Positions 8,743 through 18,092 of a DNA stretch of 60,827 nt are shown here, piece after piece. Source of the stretch: an uncultured Bacteriovorax sp. (GTDB lineage: Bacteria > Bdellovibrionota > UBA2428); contig CAZXHL010000002.1 in assembly GCA_964640545.1 (NCBI GenBank), positions 1-60,827 on the forward strand, given 5' to 3'. Made by a program: the position numbers and the translations under genes. The notes under the pieces were generated by a model. The model searched no databases and was not told the origin of the DNA. It saw only the letters and a list, made by a program, of their open reading frames with translations. The number at the start of each line of letters is the position of its first letter. Position 1 is the first letter of the stretch.

Positions 8743-9975
8743 ATGAGTTTTAACGACAAAAAGCGCAAAAGCTTAACTGCTTTTGCGCTTTTGCTTTTTC
8801 TGTTGGGAGGTTGCTCGTCGAATGCCTATTTGCGGCATGATGGGCATGCTTCCTTTGAGAAAAATAATTACGCTCAGGCCATCGAAGCTTTTCAAGCTGA
8901 TGCCGTCGAGCGCGGTAGCAACCAACTTCTCTTTAAACTCGATCTTGGAATGAGCTTTTTTGCTAATCGGCAGTACAACGAAGCCATCAGAGAGTTTCTC
9001 GAAGCTGAAAAAATTGCAGAGATCAAAGACTACACCAGCATAAGCGAAGAGGTTGGGGTGCTAGTTACAGGCGAAGATGTACGAGGCTACAAGGGCGAGG
9101 ACTTCGAGAAAGTATTGATCAACGTTTATCTAGCTCTGTCGTTTGCCGCCATTGGAGATCTCGAGGAAGCACTCGTTGAGTGTAGAAAAATCAATTTACT
9201 ATTAAGGCGAATGATCGATGAGGGGAAAAGAAACTATCAAGAATCAGCCTTTGCTCGCTACCTTTCGGGCATGCTATGGGAGGCTTCGGGCGAGTGGAAT
9301 TCAGCTTATATTGATTTTAAAAAAGCTTATGAAATTGACCCACAGTTGCCTGGTATCGCTAGCGACTTGATCTTGTCGGCTAGGAAATCTGGTCTTAGTC
9401 AGGCTGAAAGAGATTGGAGAATTCAGTTCCCCTCGGCTCCTCTTAGACAAACGGATCCAAAAAAAGGAGAGCTTGTCGTCTTCTTTGAGCGGGGACAGTC
9501 GCCGCGAAAGTACCCAAATTACGACGATAAGGCGATCCCTCAATTTCGGTCGCGCTTTGGCGGATCGCAGGTAGCAGTTTTGATTGTGGATGGAGAGCAG
9601 TATTCAGATTTTGTGGAATTTTTGAATGTTGATAAGACCTCTAAAGACTATTTGCAGGACCGTCTGGCCCGAATGAGGCTCGCTAGAATGAAGCGAACGG
9701 CGGTAAAGGCTGCTTTGGCTTCAGCGGCAGGAGCTGCGACTGATGATGGGGATCTGGGCTGGCTTACCTTTTGGTTGTTGATGAGTGCCGATACCGCGGA
9801 TTTGAGGTCTTGGCTGAGTCTACCCAAGGCTATTGATATGATGAGAATTGAGCTGCCGGCTGGAAAACATTGGATTCAGATGAATGTGAGTTCTTCTTCC
9901 GGGCGGTCCCATACCATTGATTTTGGGGAGGTCGAAATTAGACCTCGAAAAAAAGTCTTTCTTATGGGACGTTAG
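8743..9975 (+). CDS. TPR-containing lipoprotein (COG3014-like)
   Basis: Lipobox LLGGCS with TPR-like helices (YAQAIEAFQ..., YNEAIREFLEAEKIA, WNSAYIDFKKAYEIDPQLP). Confidence 0.45.
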   Translation: MSFNDKKRKSLTAFALLLFLLGGCSSNAYLRHDGHASFEKNNYAQAIEAFQADAVERGSNQLLFKLDLGMSFFANRQYNEAIREFLEAEKIAEIKDYTSISEEVGVLVTGEDVRGYKGEDFEKVLINVYLALSFAAIGDLEEALVECRKINLLLRRMIDEGKRNYQESAFARYLSGMLWEASGEWNSAYIDFKKAYEIDPQLPGIASDLILSARKSGLSQAERDWRIQFPSAPLRQTDPKKGELVVFFERGQSPRKYPNYDDKAIPQFRSRFGGSQVAVLIVDGEQYSDFVEFLNVDKTSKDYLQDRLARMRLARMKRTAVKAALASAAGAATDDGDLGWLTFWLLMSADTADLRSWLSLPKAIDMMRIELPAGKHWIQMNVSSSSGRSHTIDFGEVEIRPRKKVFLMGR

Positions 9976-9981
9976 GGCCTT

Positions 9982-10692
9982 ATGTTTGGGCCTATTGAAC
10001 GTGTTGTTTTTGATTTGGATGGAACTCTTGTCGATACGATGTCGCATGTTGTGGAGAGTATTTCTTTCGCCATCAAAAAGGTAAAAAACATTGAGGTTCC
10101 CCGGGCCGAGATCATTTCAAAGTTTGCCCCGTCGACTGAGGAGATCCTATCTGTATGGTTTGATTCTGAGCAAGAGAAGGTTGCGGCTATTGAGGCTTGG
10201 GGGGAGTGTCAGGGCGAGGGCTTTGGATGGGCTCGTCCGTTTGAAGGTGTAGAAGAAATGCTTAGTGGCTTCAAGAAAGGCGGCGTGCCGATGGCGATTT
10301 TTACGGGACGCAATCGTGAAGGGGCTTTGGGCATTTTGGCTGAAAGAGGCTGGCTAGGTAAGTATTTTGATGAAGAGTTTGTGATTGGCGGGACCGATGG
10401 ATTTGCGCCCAAGCCTTCGGGGGCGGGACTGCTCGAGTTGATGCTTCGCTGGAAGCTCGCTGGAGATCAGGCGAAAAAGACGACGCTCTATGTGGGCGAC
10501 CATACTCATGACCTGGTTGCGGGGCGTGAGGCGGGTGTTAGAACCGCATTGGCTTTGTGGGACCGAAGCATGGGCTTGGAAAAAACAGAACGAAGTCACT
10601 ACAAAAGGTTGTGGTCTGAGGCCTCGGACGAACTTTGTGACGTGAGGCTCAGCGACCCACGTGGACTATTGGCCTGGCTTGAGTCGACCTGA
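9982..10692 (+). CDS. HAD-superfamily phosphatase (phosphoglycolate phosphatase-like)
   Basis: Motif I VVFDLDGTLVDT and motif IV YVGDHTHDLVAGREAG. Confidence 0.7.
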   Translation: MFGPIERVVFDLDGTLVDTMSHVVESISFAIKKVKNIEVPRAEIISKFAPSTEEILSVWFDSEQEKVAAIEAWGECQGEGFGWARPFEGVEEMLSGFKKGGVPMAIFTGRNREGALGILAERGWLGKYFDEEFVIGGTDGFAPKPSGAGLLELMLRWKLAGDQAKKTTLYVGDHTHDLVAGREAGVRTALALWDRSMGLEKTERSHYKRLWSEASDELCDVRLSDPRGLLAWLEST

Positions 10693-10793
10693 GCTATCTG
10701 TGGCAGTAGCCAGGTCCCAAATATACAAACATTTACGTAATTTTCGCCTAAAGAAACCTTGTCCCATTTGAAAACGAACTTATATTTAGCCTT

Positions 10794-11678
10794 ATGAGAA
10801 AACTAGGCAATATTGCATTGATGTTCGCGGTGGGTCTTGGAATCTCCATTACCCTAATGTTCCTTTTTGAGCTTTTTGGGATTGATATCTATCTGGCCCA
10901 GAACGGAATCAATTATGTTGGTTTGTTCGTATTCTGTATGCTTTTTGGCTTTGCAGGGTCGTTTATCTCGCTCTTCCTTTCTAAGCGAATCGTAAAGTGG
11001 ACGATGCGGATCCAAATTGTGGATCCATCTCAAGCAAATGGCGAGATGATGTGGCTCACTGAAACTGTGCGCCGCCTGGCTCAAAGTGCGGGACTTCCAG
11101 AGACTCCAGAGGTTGGAGTCTACGACTCTCCGGAGATGAATGCTTTTGCAACGGGCCCATCAAAGTCAGATTCATTGGTAGCCGTTTCTACGGGATTATT
11201 GGCATCCATGAATCGCGCTGAACTTGAGGGCGTGTTGGCCCATGAAGTAGCTCACATTGCCAATGGCGATATGGTTCGTATGACCTTGATGCAAGGAGTG
11301 ATTAATACGCTCGTGATGTTTGCAGCGCGTATCGTGGCTCATCTCGTAGCTAGCCGTATCAGTGATCGCGATAGTTACTTTATGCGCTTTGCGCTTGTCA
11401 TGTTTTTCCAAATTGCTTTTGGTTTTCTGGGGATGATTGTTGTAAACTGGTACAGCCGCAAGCGTGAGTTTCGTGCGGACTCTGGCGGTGCTGCTTTAGC
11501 TGGAAAAGACAAAATGATTGCGGGGCTTCAAGCTTTGAAAGATAGAATGAATGTCGTGGACAATTCTCAACCTCAATTGGCTGCTCTAAAAATCTCTAGC
11601 AAGCCCAAAGGCTTTGCGGCAATGTTCAGCACTCACCCTCCGCTCGCAGAACGCATCGAAGCTTTGCGAATTTCATAA
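10794..11678 (+). CDS. htpX: Membrane zinc protease HtpX
   Basis: HEXXH (LAHEVAHIANGD), four TM segments, and C-terminal STHPPLAERIEAL typical of the M48 protease HtpX. Confidence 0.85.
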   Translation: MRKLGNIALMFAVGLGISITLMFLFELFGIDIYLAQNGINYVGLFVFCMLFGFAGSFISLFLSKRIVKWTMRIQIVDPSQANGEMMWLTETVRRLAQSAGLPETPEVGVYDSPEMNAFATGPSKSDSLVAVSTGLLASMNRAELEGVLAHEVAHIANGDMVRMTLMQGVINTLVMFAARIVAHLVASRISDRDSYFMRFALVMFFQIAFGFLGMIVVNWYSRKREFRADSGGAALAGKDKMIAGLQALKDRMNVVDNSQPQLAALKISSKPKGFAAMFSTHPPLAERIEALRIS

Positions 11679-11906
11679 AACAAATTTGCTCGGTTAATTG
11701 CTATTCAAAACCCGGCTGTATCAATCCGACTGCAATTTAAGCCTTGAATTCATCACACAGGACGAGGGGAGTGCCACTCCCCTCTTGCAGTCTGGCGCCT
11801 GCAATTCACCCCATAGTCCTGTGCATGAATCCAACCCTTAAATTGCAGTCGGCTTGCTTCAAGAGCTATAGACTAGCCAACAATTAACCGAGCAAATTTG
11901 TTTTAT
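11675..11906. repeat. 232-bp long imperfect palindrome with perfect 26-bp termini (MITE-like or structured element)
   Basis: 11675-11700 ATAAAACAAATTTGCTCGGTTAATTG is the exact reverse complement of 11881-11906. Inner arms also pair (11726-11741 with 11837-11852). There is an internal GC hairpin at 11764-11784. Confidence 0.8.
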
Positions 11907-11915
11907 GAACAAAGG

Positions 11916-12749
11916 CTAATCGACGACGTTTTCGCCGCCGTCGATGTGAAGGACGTTGCCTGTCATAAAGTCGAAGTGTGGCAATGCGAATGCTGAGATT
12001 GCTTTCGCGACATCTTCTGGAGTTGTGAGTCTTCCGAAGGGATTGCGCGATTTTGCAGTTTCAATCATGGTGTCGTTGCCTGGAATTTTTCTCAACGCTG
12101 GAGTGTCAGTAACGCCAGCTAAGATTGCATTTGCCGTGATTCTTCTAGGTGCAAGCTCAAGGGCCAATTGTCTGCAGTAACTCTCAAGCGCACACTTCGC
12201 AGCACTGACTGCGCCATAGGACTTCCATACACGTGAAGAACCAGCAGAAGTCATTGCAAAGATTCTTCCACCATCAGCTAATAGGCCCGCAGCGACAAGG
12301 TCTTGTGTCCAATAGACAAGGCTGTTGGCCATTACGTCTAGGGTCATATCAAACTGAGCTTTCGTAAGAACGGCTTTGGGGTCTTCGTCGATGAAAGGCT
12401 TGAGGGCTCCGAAGGCGATAGAGTGAAGGAGGACGTGGATCTTGCCTTGGGCAAATGCTTTCATTTGGGTGATCGCATCAGCACGCTTTTCAGCGTCGGC
12501 AGCATTCATGTTGATGAAGTGAGCTTTGCGCCCAAGGTCTGTGATCTTCTTGGTGATCTCTTCAACGTGAGCCATTCCGGCTTTGCGGTCCATATGGACG
12601 CCGATAATGTTGAATCCCGACCTAGCAAGTTCAAGTGCCGTAGCTTCTCCGAAGCCAGAGGAAGCTCCGAGGATAAGGGCATATTGCCCGTCAAAATTTT
12701 TACTGTGTTCACCAAATACGTGTTGCGACATAGGAGTTCTTTTAATCAC
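11916..12749 (-). CDS. Short-chain dehydrogenase, FabL-like enoyl-ACP reductase candidate
   Basis: Rossmann motif ILGASSGFGEA and a Tyr-x6-Lys catalytic spacing (SYGAVSAAK), as in FabI/FabL-type enoyl reductases. Confidence 0.5.
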   Translation of the reverse strand: MIKRTPMSQHVFGEHSKNFDGQYALILGASSGFGEATALELARSGFNIIGVHMDRKAGMAHVEEITKKITDLGRKAHFINMNAADAEKRADAITQMKAFAQGKIHVLLHSIAFGALKPFIDEDPKAVLTKAQFDMTLDVMANSLVYWTQDLVAAGLLADGGRIFAMTSAGSSRVWKSYGAVSAAKCALESYCRQLALELAPRRITANAILAGVTDTPALRKIPGNDTMIETAKSRNPFGRLTTPEDVAKAISAFALPHFDFMTGNVLHIDGGENVVD

Positions 12750-12883
12750 AGGCGCTTAGGCCGGTCAAAGTGCGCAAGTGAATTTTCGCTAGGAGATCTG
12801 AGCGAACTAATAGGCCCTAGTCAAACAGTTGGCTGGAATGCGTCGTAAGAAAGAGGGATGATATAGGATAGGGAGGGCATACT

Positions 12884-14257
12884 TTGCCGTTGGAAGTACC
12901 ACAATTCAATAGCAATAATATGCAGTTGGCGTCTGCCTATGACAAAATTGCGAAACTTGAACAGAAGAAGATCACTAAGTTTGATGAGAAAGCTCAAAAA
13001 CTAGACAATGAACTTCAACTTGTTCAGGATTTGAAAACTCGTTTCGGCAAAATCAAAGAAACGCTTCAGCCCTTCCGAAGTCCCTCTGAATTCAAAGACC
13101 TCAAAGGATTTTCATCGCATGAAGATATCGCGATGATCAGCTCTATTGATAAATCCATTGCAGAAGTGGGTTCCTATGAACTCGAAGTTCTAAATCTCGC
13201 AAACACAAACTCTATTATGACCTATGGTATGCCGGACAGAGACAAGTCTGAGGTTGGAGTGGGTTACGTATCTTTTAAAACGGCTACTGGCGAAGAAAAA
13301 GAAGTCTATATTGGATCCGATAACAACACATTGGATGGAGTTGCGAGTGCTATCAATGATGCGAAACTTGGAGTTCGGGCTTTCGTAGTTAACGATGGAA
13401 CTGACGCGGATGAGCCTTGGAGGCTTGTCGTTACAGGAGAAGGCACGGGCTGGAAAAATGATATCGAGTGGCCCGAGTTTTATCTTCTGGATGGAGATTT
13501 AGAGTTTGATCGAGAAAGAACTCGAGAGGCAAAAAGTGCCATCATTCGTTTTAATGGAATGCCGCTTATGGCAGATGAAAATACTATCAAAGATCTGCTC
13601 CCGGGAATCAATATTGATTTGAAGTCAGCCAAAGAAGGTCAGTCAATTAAGCTAGATGTAAAGCCCGATTTTGAGAAAATCGAGGAAAAGGCGAAGGGCT
13701 TTGTTGATAGCGTAAACGAAGTCTTCTCATTTATTCAGCAGCAGAACCAATTGGGAGCCGACTCTCATAAAGACCCGAATAAGAGTTTGGGTGGTGATGT
13801 AGGGCTTCAAGCCATAGAAAGTCGAATGAGAAGTATCATTCAGCTTAGTCAGAACGAGCTTCCAGGGACGACAATTCAAGGTCTGAGAAATGTTGGTATT
13901 GTTTTCAACCGAAATGGAACTTTGGATTACGATCCGAAGAAGTTTCAAAAAGAGTGGGAAACAAATTTTGAAGCGGTGTCGACCCTATTTGCCGGAACAA
14001 GTCCGCTGACAGGTTTTGCAAACAAGATGATTACGCTTGTAGATGGAATGACTAGAAGAGGCGACGGCATGATGAGCATCAAAGAGAATGCTTTGAATGA
14101 CCGAAAAGACCGAATAACAACGGACAAAGAGCGAGCAACTCAAAGGGCAGAAAAACGCCTTGCGAAAGTTAGTCAGCAGTTTTCACGGGCGGAGGCGGCA
14201 ATACAGCAGATGCAACAAGCGTCTGCAGGGCTTCCTCCAGCTGGTGGAATGGGATAG
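12884..14257 (+). CDS. fliD: Flagellar filament cap protein FliD
   Basis: Size and coiled-coil termini fit FliD. The central block DGVASAINDAKLGVRAFVVNDG is typical of FliD. A TTG start is preceded by RBS GGGAGGG. Confidence 0.75.
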   Translation: MPLEVPQFNSNNMQLASAYDKIAKLEQKKITKFDEKAQKLDNELQLVQDLKTRFGKIKETLQPFRSPSEFKDLKGFSSHEDIAMISSIDKSIAEVGSYELEVLNLANTNSIMTYGMPDRDKSEVGVGYVSFKTATGEEKEVYIGSDNNTLDGVASAINDAKLGVRAFVVNDGTDADEPWRLVVTGEGTGWKNDIEWPEFYLLDGDLEFDRERTREAKSAIIRFNGMPLMADENTIKDLLPGINIDLKSAKEGQSIKLDVKPDFEKIEEKAKGFVDSVNEVFSFIQQQNQLGADSHKDPNKSLGGDVGLQAIESRMRSIIQLSQNELPGTTIQGLRNVGIVFNRNGTLDYDPKKFQKEWETNFEAVSTLFAGTSPLTGFANKMITLVDGMTRRGDGMMSIKENALNDRKDRITTDKERATQRAEKRLAKVSQQFSRAEAAIQQMQQASAGLPPAGGMG

Positions 14258-14272
14258 GTATTTGGAGGATAG

Positions 14273-14677
14273 ATGAATTACGGGGCAAAGAAATACAAAC
14301 AGACTTCAGTCACGACAGCTAGTAAAGAAAAAATTCTCCTGATGCTATACGAGGCTGCGATTAAAAATTTGAAGCTCGCCAAGATGGCCATTGAGCAGAA
14401 GAAAATTTCTGAGAAGTGCACTCATATCACAAAAGCTCACGACATTATTTCAGAGCTTTCCAATACGCTAGATCACAGCAAGGGCCCTGAGGTAACGGAG
14501 CAGCTCGAATCACTCTATTCATTCTGCGTGAATCAGTTGATTAAGGCCAATATGGAAAATGATCCCAAAATGATTGATTCCGTTCTTCAGGTGATGACAA
14601 CTCTCTATGAGGGATGGGTTGCCGCTGTTGAAGAACTTAAAAAGAAGGGTGGAGGCGCCGAGCGTGAAAATAACTAA
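14273..14677 (+). CDS. fliS: Flagellin chaperone FliS
   Basis: YKQTSVTTASKEKILLMLYEAAIKNLKLAKMAI...KAHDIISELSNTLD matches the FliS four-helix signature. Confidence 0.85.
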   Translation: MNYGAKKYKQTSVTTASKEKILLMLYEAAIKNLKLAKMAIEQKKISEKCTHITKAHDIISELSNTLDHSKGPEVTEQLESLYSFCVNQLIKANMENDPKMIDSVLQVMTTLYEGWVAAVEELKKKGGGAERENN

Positions 14678-15005
14678 AAAAGATTTACGTAAAAAACTTG
14701 AGCAACTTGACCAGAGAATTATGGGCATCTGGATGGCCGATACGAGTGATGTCAAAGATGACGATCTCTGGGAAGCCTTTGTAACCCTTTTAGAGGCACG
14801 AGTGGAGCTTGTGAACGTTTGTATCAAGGCGAAAGTGCCTTTAACAAAAGAAGACGCGATGCCGCCATGGCTTGAACGCCTCACAGCAAATCAAAAAGAA
14901 ATACGTCTACATGAGCTTAAAAAGCTGCTTCAAAAGCGTAATAATAGTGAGAAATATCGTCGCTATGAAAACATTGCACGAATTCTGGAGGAGTCAGGTA
15001 AATGA
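14664..15005 (+). CDS. Hypothetical helical protein in FliT-like position
   Basis: I trimmed the ORF to GTG 14664, giving a 14-nt overlap with fliS. It is small, helical and charged. Only its position after fliS suggests an export-chaperone role. Confidence 0.3.
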   Translation: MKITKKDLRKKLEQLDQRIMGIWMADTSDVKDDDLWEAFVTLLEARVELVNVCIKAKVPLTKEDAMPPWLERLTANQKEIRLHELKKLLQKRNNSEKYRRYENIARILEESGK

Positions 15006-15739
15006 TCAACAATATTGAAGCGGCGAGAGTTCTTTATCGTTATGGAAAGAAAGACGATGCAACTTCGATCTTAAGACACACCTGGGAGAATCCGGAAAAT
15101 CAAAGTCAGGCCTTTGAAGCTTTTTTGGGTTTAATGGAAGCTTGGATTGCCCAAGACAAGGAATCGACTCAATTGCATTTGGAGGAAATGGTTTCTGGTT
15201 ACGGACCTAATGCTGAATTTTGGAATGAATGCTCCTTATCAGAACAGTCAATTATTTTTGAATGGCTAGGTCAAATTCAGATCCAGACTGATAATAGGCA
15301 ATCTGCATTCGAATCATTAAGCCGAGCTGCTAGCCTAGGAAGAGATACTTCGCTTTTATGGAGACTTCTTGGAGACTGCTGTATTGATCGTCAGGAATTA
15401 GATCTCACCATTCGTTATTTAAAGCGAAGTTTGAGTTTGTATCGTCAGTTGGATCTAGATGTTCTCAGTGGAAGAAATTTTGCTATGGGGTCTTTCACCG
15501 GGAAGGACCCACTTTCATGGAGTCACGGAGCAAATGACTTCCTCCATATCCTTCTGAAAGTCACAAAGGTCGCAAAAGGCAAAAGAAATCTTAAAGCAGC
15601 AAGGGAGCTTCTAATGGAAATGCTTCATCAGTTTCCGAATGATGATAGGCTTCCTAAACTTAGACTTATGATTGAGCGTTCCATTGTCGAACATAGTTTA
15701 TTTGAGCCTGAGTCTAGACAAGCGCAGCTCACTCGATAA
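15002..15739 (+). CDS. TPR-like repeat protein
   Basis: ATGA overlap with the upstream ORF and helical repeat content (AFESLSRAASLGRD..., IRYLKRSLSLYRQL). Confidence 0.4.
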   Translation: MINNIEAARVLYRYGKKDDATSILRHTWENPENQSQAFEAFLGLMEAWIAQDKESTQLHLEEMVSGYGPNAEFWNECSLSEQSIIFEWLGQIQIQTDNRQSAFESLSRAASLGRDTSLLWRLLGDCCIDRQELDLTIRYLKRSLSLYRQLDLDVLSGRNFAMGSFTGKDPLSWSHGANDFLHILLKVTKVAKGKRNLKAARELLMEMLHQFPNDDRLPKLRLMIERSIVEHSLFEPESRQAQLTR

Positions 15740-15770
15740 TTTCGAACTAGTGAATAACATTTTTGAAGAA

Positions 15771-16370
15771 ATGCGTGAGTACTTTCCGCTTGTGGTTGAG
15801 ACTCCTCAAGAGTGGGCGGAAGTAGCTATTGCTGACTTTGATGCCTTTGTGCTTGATCATGCAGCTTGTGAAAGAAAAGCAGCTGCAACTTGCATGTCAT
15901 TTGTGGGTGCTTACCCTGATAGGCCGGAACTTTGCGATGTGATGATTACCGTGGCCCGTGAAGAGATGGAGCATTTTCACCAGGTGTTCCGATTGGCTCG
16001 CAATAGGGGGCTAACTCTTAAATCCGATCATAAAGATGAGTACGTAAATCAGCTCCTTCGGGCGGTACGAAATAGCCCCGAGGGTAGGTTTATGGATAGA
16101 CTGCTGGTTGCAGGACTCGTAGAGGCTCGTAGCTGCGAGCGTTTAGGGCTCGTTGGAGAGGCTTTACTTCGATCTGAAGATTCTCAAAAACGAGAATTGG
16201 GTGCGTATTACTCGGAACTTGCTGTTGCAGAAGCAAGACATTTTGGGCTGTTTACTAAATTTGCCGAGAAATATTGTGGAGTTAGTGAGTCCCGAGCTCG
16301 TTTGGCTGAGTTAATAAAAATCGAGACGGAAATCGTAAAAAAATTGCCGTGGAGGCCTGCAGTCCATTAG
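15771..16370 (+). CDS. miaE: tRNA-(ms2io6A37)-hydroxylase MiaE
   Basis: LDHAACERKAAATCMSF plus two di-iron ExxH motifs (EEMEHF and AEARHF). I trimmed the start to ATG 15771, after the upstream stop at 15739. Confidence 0.7.
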   Translation: MREYFPLVVETPQEWAEVAIADFDAFVLDHAACERKAAATCMSFVGAYPDRPELCDVMITVAREEMEHFHQVFRLARNRGLTLKSDHKDEYVNQLLRAVRNSPEGRFMDRLLVAGLVEARSCERLGLVGEALLRSEDSQKRELGAYYSELAVAEARHFGLFTKFAEKYCGVSESRARLAELIKIETEIVKKLPWRPAVH

Positions 16371-16429
16371 AATACGGATAAGGGATTGAGCTCGGACTGG
16401 GGTATTGTGTCTAAGCTCGGAGGGATTAT

Positions 16430-17089
16430 ATGTTTAAGGGGTTTTCTAAATTTTTTGTACCAACTGTAGTTTTGTTTTCGGCAGCGTCTTTTGCCACGGT
16501 TCCGGAAGGTGAGGAATCATCAGTCCTTCAGAACCATTTACTGCAAAAAGAAATGAATCTTTGCTCCGAGGAGCTCAGAGAAGGTCGGGACTTTAAATAC
16601 AATCTCGAACACTACAATATGGACCTAGGAGCCATTGCTGCGGATAACGCTTTTCGTTTTCCTGACCATGTAGGCAATGCGACCTTTCGATTGATTTACT
16701 CTGAAGAAGATAAGCTAATTGAAATTTGGCCGAATGGACGCTTTGACCACGAGTCGGATCCTCTGATGAAGCTTGAGCCCTCTAAGGTTGACCCAGTATT
16801 ATTTAAAAAAATTAGAGACGCGAAGGGCGGACATGTAGAAGAAGTGATGGGGGATGGGACTGGGCAGGTGCCTCTCGTGGGTGTTCACGGAACTTCACCA
16901 GCACTTGCCGAGCTTCTTGGCGTGAATCTAGACGTATTCTGCGATGTTCGTGAATCAAGGAAGTCGAATGTTCTGCGTGAATCCCTTGATGGGATTTTAA
17001 GAAGTGCCAACTCATCAAAGCCAAAGGTTGTTGATGAAGGCGCAACGAAAAAGAAGCGCAAGTTCGGCGCTCCTCATCGTAGACATTGA
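16430..17089 (+). CDS. Secreted hypothetical protein
   Basis: Signal peptide FVPTVVLFSAASFATVP and a basic C-terminal tail. I recognise no family. Confidence 0.35.
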   Translation: MFKGFSKFFVPTVVLFSAASFATVPEGEESSVLQNHLLQKEMNLCSEELREGRDFKYNLEHYNMDLGAIAADNAFRFPDHVGNATFRLIYSEEDKLIEIWPNGRFDHESDPLMKLEPSKVDPVLFKKIRDAKGGHVEEVMGDGTGQVPLVGVHGTSPALAELLGVNLDVFCDVRESRKSNVLRESLDGILRSANSSKPKVVDEGATKKKRKFGAPHRRH

Positions 17090-17130
17090 TTTCCTTTAAA
17101 GTTTCGTCAAGCCTTTGACGTTTTTAAAAA

Positions 17131-17163
17131 AGAGGCGGTGCACAATGCATCGCCTCTTTTTTT
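17131..17163 (+). terminator. Rho-independent terminator
   Basis: AGAGGCG ... CGCCTCT followed by TTTTTTT, and preceded by an A-tract (bidirectional type). Confidence 0.6.
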
Positions 17164-17177
17164 ATTCCATTTTCTCT

Positions 17178-17204
17178 TAATGAATTCTGAACATCATCCG
17201 ATGA
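17178..17204 (+). promoter_or_regulatory. Sigma28 (FliA)-type promoter candidate upstream of csrA
   Basis: TAAT-N15-TCCGATGA compared with the consensus TAAA-N15-GCCGATAA. It ends 44 nt upstream of the csrA ATG. Confidence 0.4.
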
Positions 17205-17247
17205 AGTCTATGTGGGCGGAGTGCCCATTATAAATAGGAGATCAAGG

Positions 17248-17487
17248 ATGCTCGTTCTAACTAGAAAGATTGGCGAAACGATAACGATTGATGACAACAT
17301 CAAGATCACTGTCGTTCAAATTAAAGGTAAGCAGGTGCGAGTCGGCATTGATGCTCCCAAAGAAACCAAGATCTATCGCGAGGAAGTTTATACCGCGATT
17401 CAAGAAGAAAATAGAGCTGCACTCAATTCAATGTCGGGTGACCTCGAAAAACTTCGTACAAATAAGGTTAAAAAGACTGGAACATAA
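17248..17487 (+). CDS. csrA: Carbon storage regulator CsrA
   Basis: MLVLTRKIGETITIDDNIKITVVQIKGKQVRVGIDAPKETKIYREEVY. RBS AGGAG lies upstream of ATG 17248. The listed ORF has a spurious N-terminal extension. Confidence 0.9.
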   Translation: MLVLTRKIGETITIDDNIKITVVQIKGKQVRVGIDAPKETKIYREEVYTAIQEENRAALNSMSGDLEKLRTNKVKKTGT

Positions 17488-17534
17488 TTTCAAGGATTGA
17501 AATTTTATGAAAGGTGCCAAGGAGGGGACCAAAA

Positions 17535-18083
17535 ATGGAAAACATCAAAACAAAAAGATTCGGAACAATTGTAGCAGGTGACGACCACTTCATCCAAATT
17601 AAGGATGGAATGATTGGAATGTCACCGTTGAAGAAGTATATCCTAGTGGAGTCACCGGCATATCCTGTAATGTTCTGGCTTCAATCGTGTGATGACCAAG
17701 TCATTGCTTTTCCCGTCGTCGAACCATACTTCTTTAGATCTAATTATAATGTAAGAATGACCGAAGCCGATAAGTTGGCTCTTCAGTACGAGGACGGCGA
17801 TCGTATCAAATACTTTTGCGTTCTTACAATCCCTGAAAATGCAGAGGACATGACGGTCAATCTAAAGGCTCCTGTCGCGATCAATCTTGATAAAGGAACG
17901 GCTTCCCAGCTCGTACTTCAAGATAAAGAGCTTCAGGTTAGACATCCGGCTTACAGAACGTACGCAAATGTCTTGGCCGCGATAGACGAACAAGGCGGCA
18001 GTGATTCATACGTCGAGGAAGTATGGAGCCCTATCAGCATTCAAGACGGAGGACAGACGGTAGCGCATCAAGCTGCTGTCTGA
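17535..18083 (+). CDS. fliW: Flagellar assembly factor FliW (CsrA antagonist)
   Basis: IKTKRFGTI...FPVVEPYFFRSNY...MTVNLKAPVAINLDKGTASQLVLQD...VRHP is collinear with B. subtilis FliW. RBS AGGAGGGG precedes ATG 17535. Confidence 0.85.
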   Translation: MENIKTKRFGTIVAGDDHFIQIKDGMIGMSPLKKYILVESPAYPVMFWLQSCDDQVIAFPVVEPYFFRSNYNVRMTEADKLALQYEDGDRIKYFCVLTIPENAEDMTVNLKAPVAINLDKGTASQLVLQDKELQVRHPAYRTYANVLAAIDEQGGSDSYVEEVWSPISIQDGGQTVAHQAAV

Positions 18084-18092
18084 TTTTGCAAC

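Noticed and set aside
10740-10793. CCCATTTGAAAA upstream of htpX, considered as a sigma32 heat-shock promoter -10 element.
   Set aside because: There is no acceptable CTTGAAA-like -35 element at 13-17 nt spacing. The only candidate is too close.
14607-14663. The listed ATG 14607 start, which gives a 70-nt overlap with fliS.
   Set aside because: A GTG at 14664 gives a short 14-nt overlap typical of coupled genes. The upstream part lies within the conserved FliS C-terminus.
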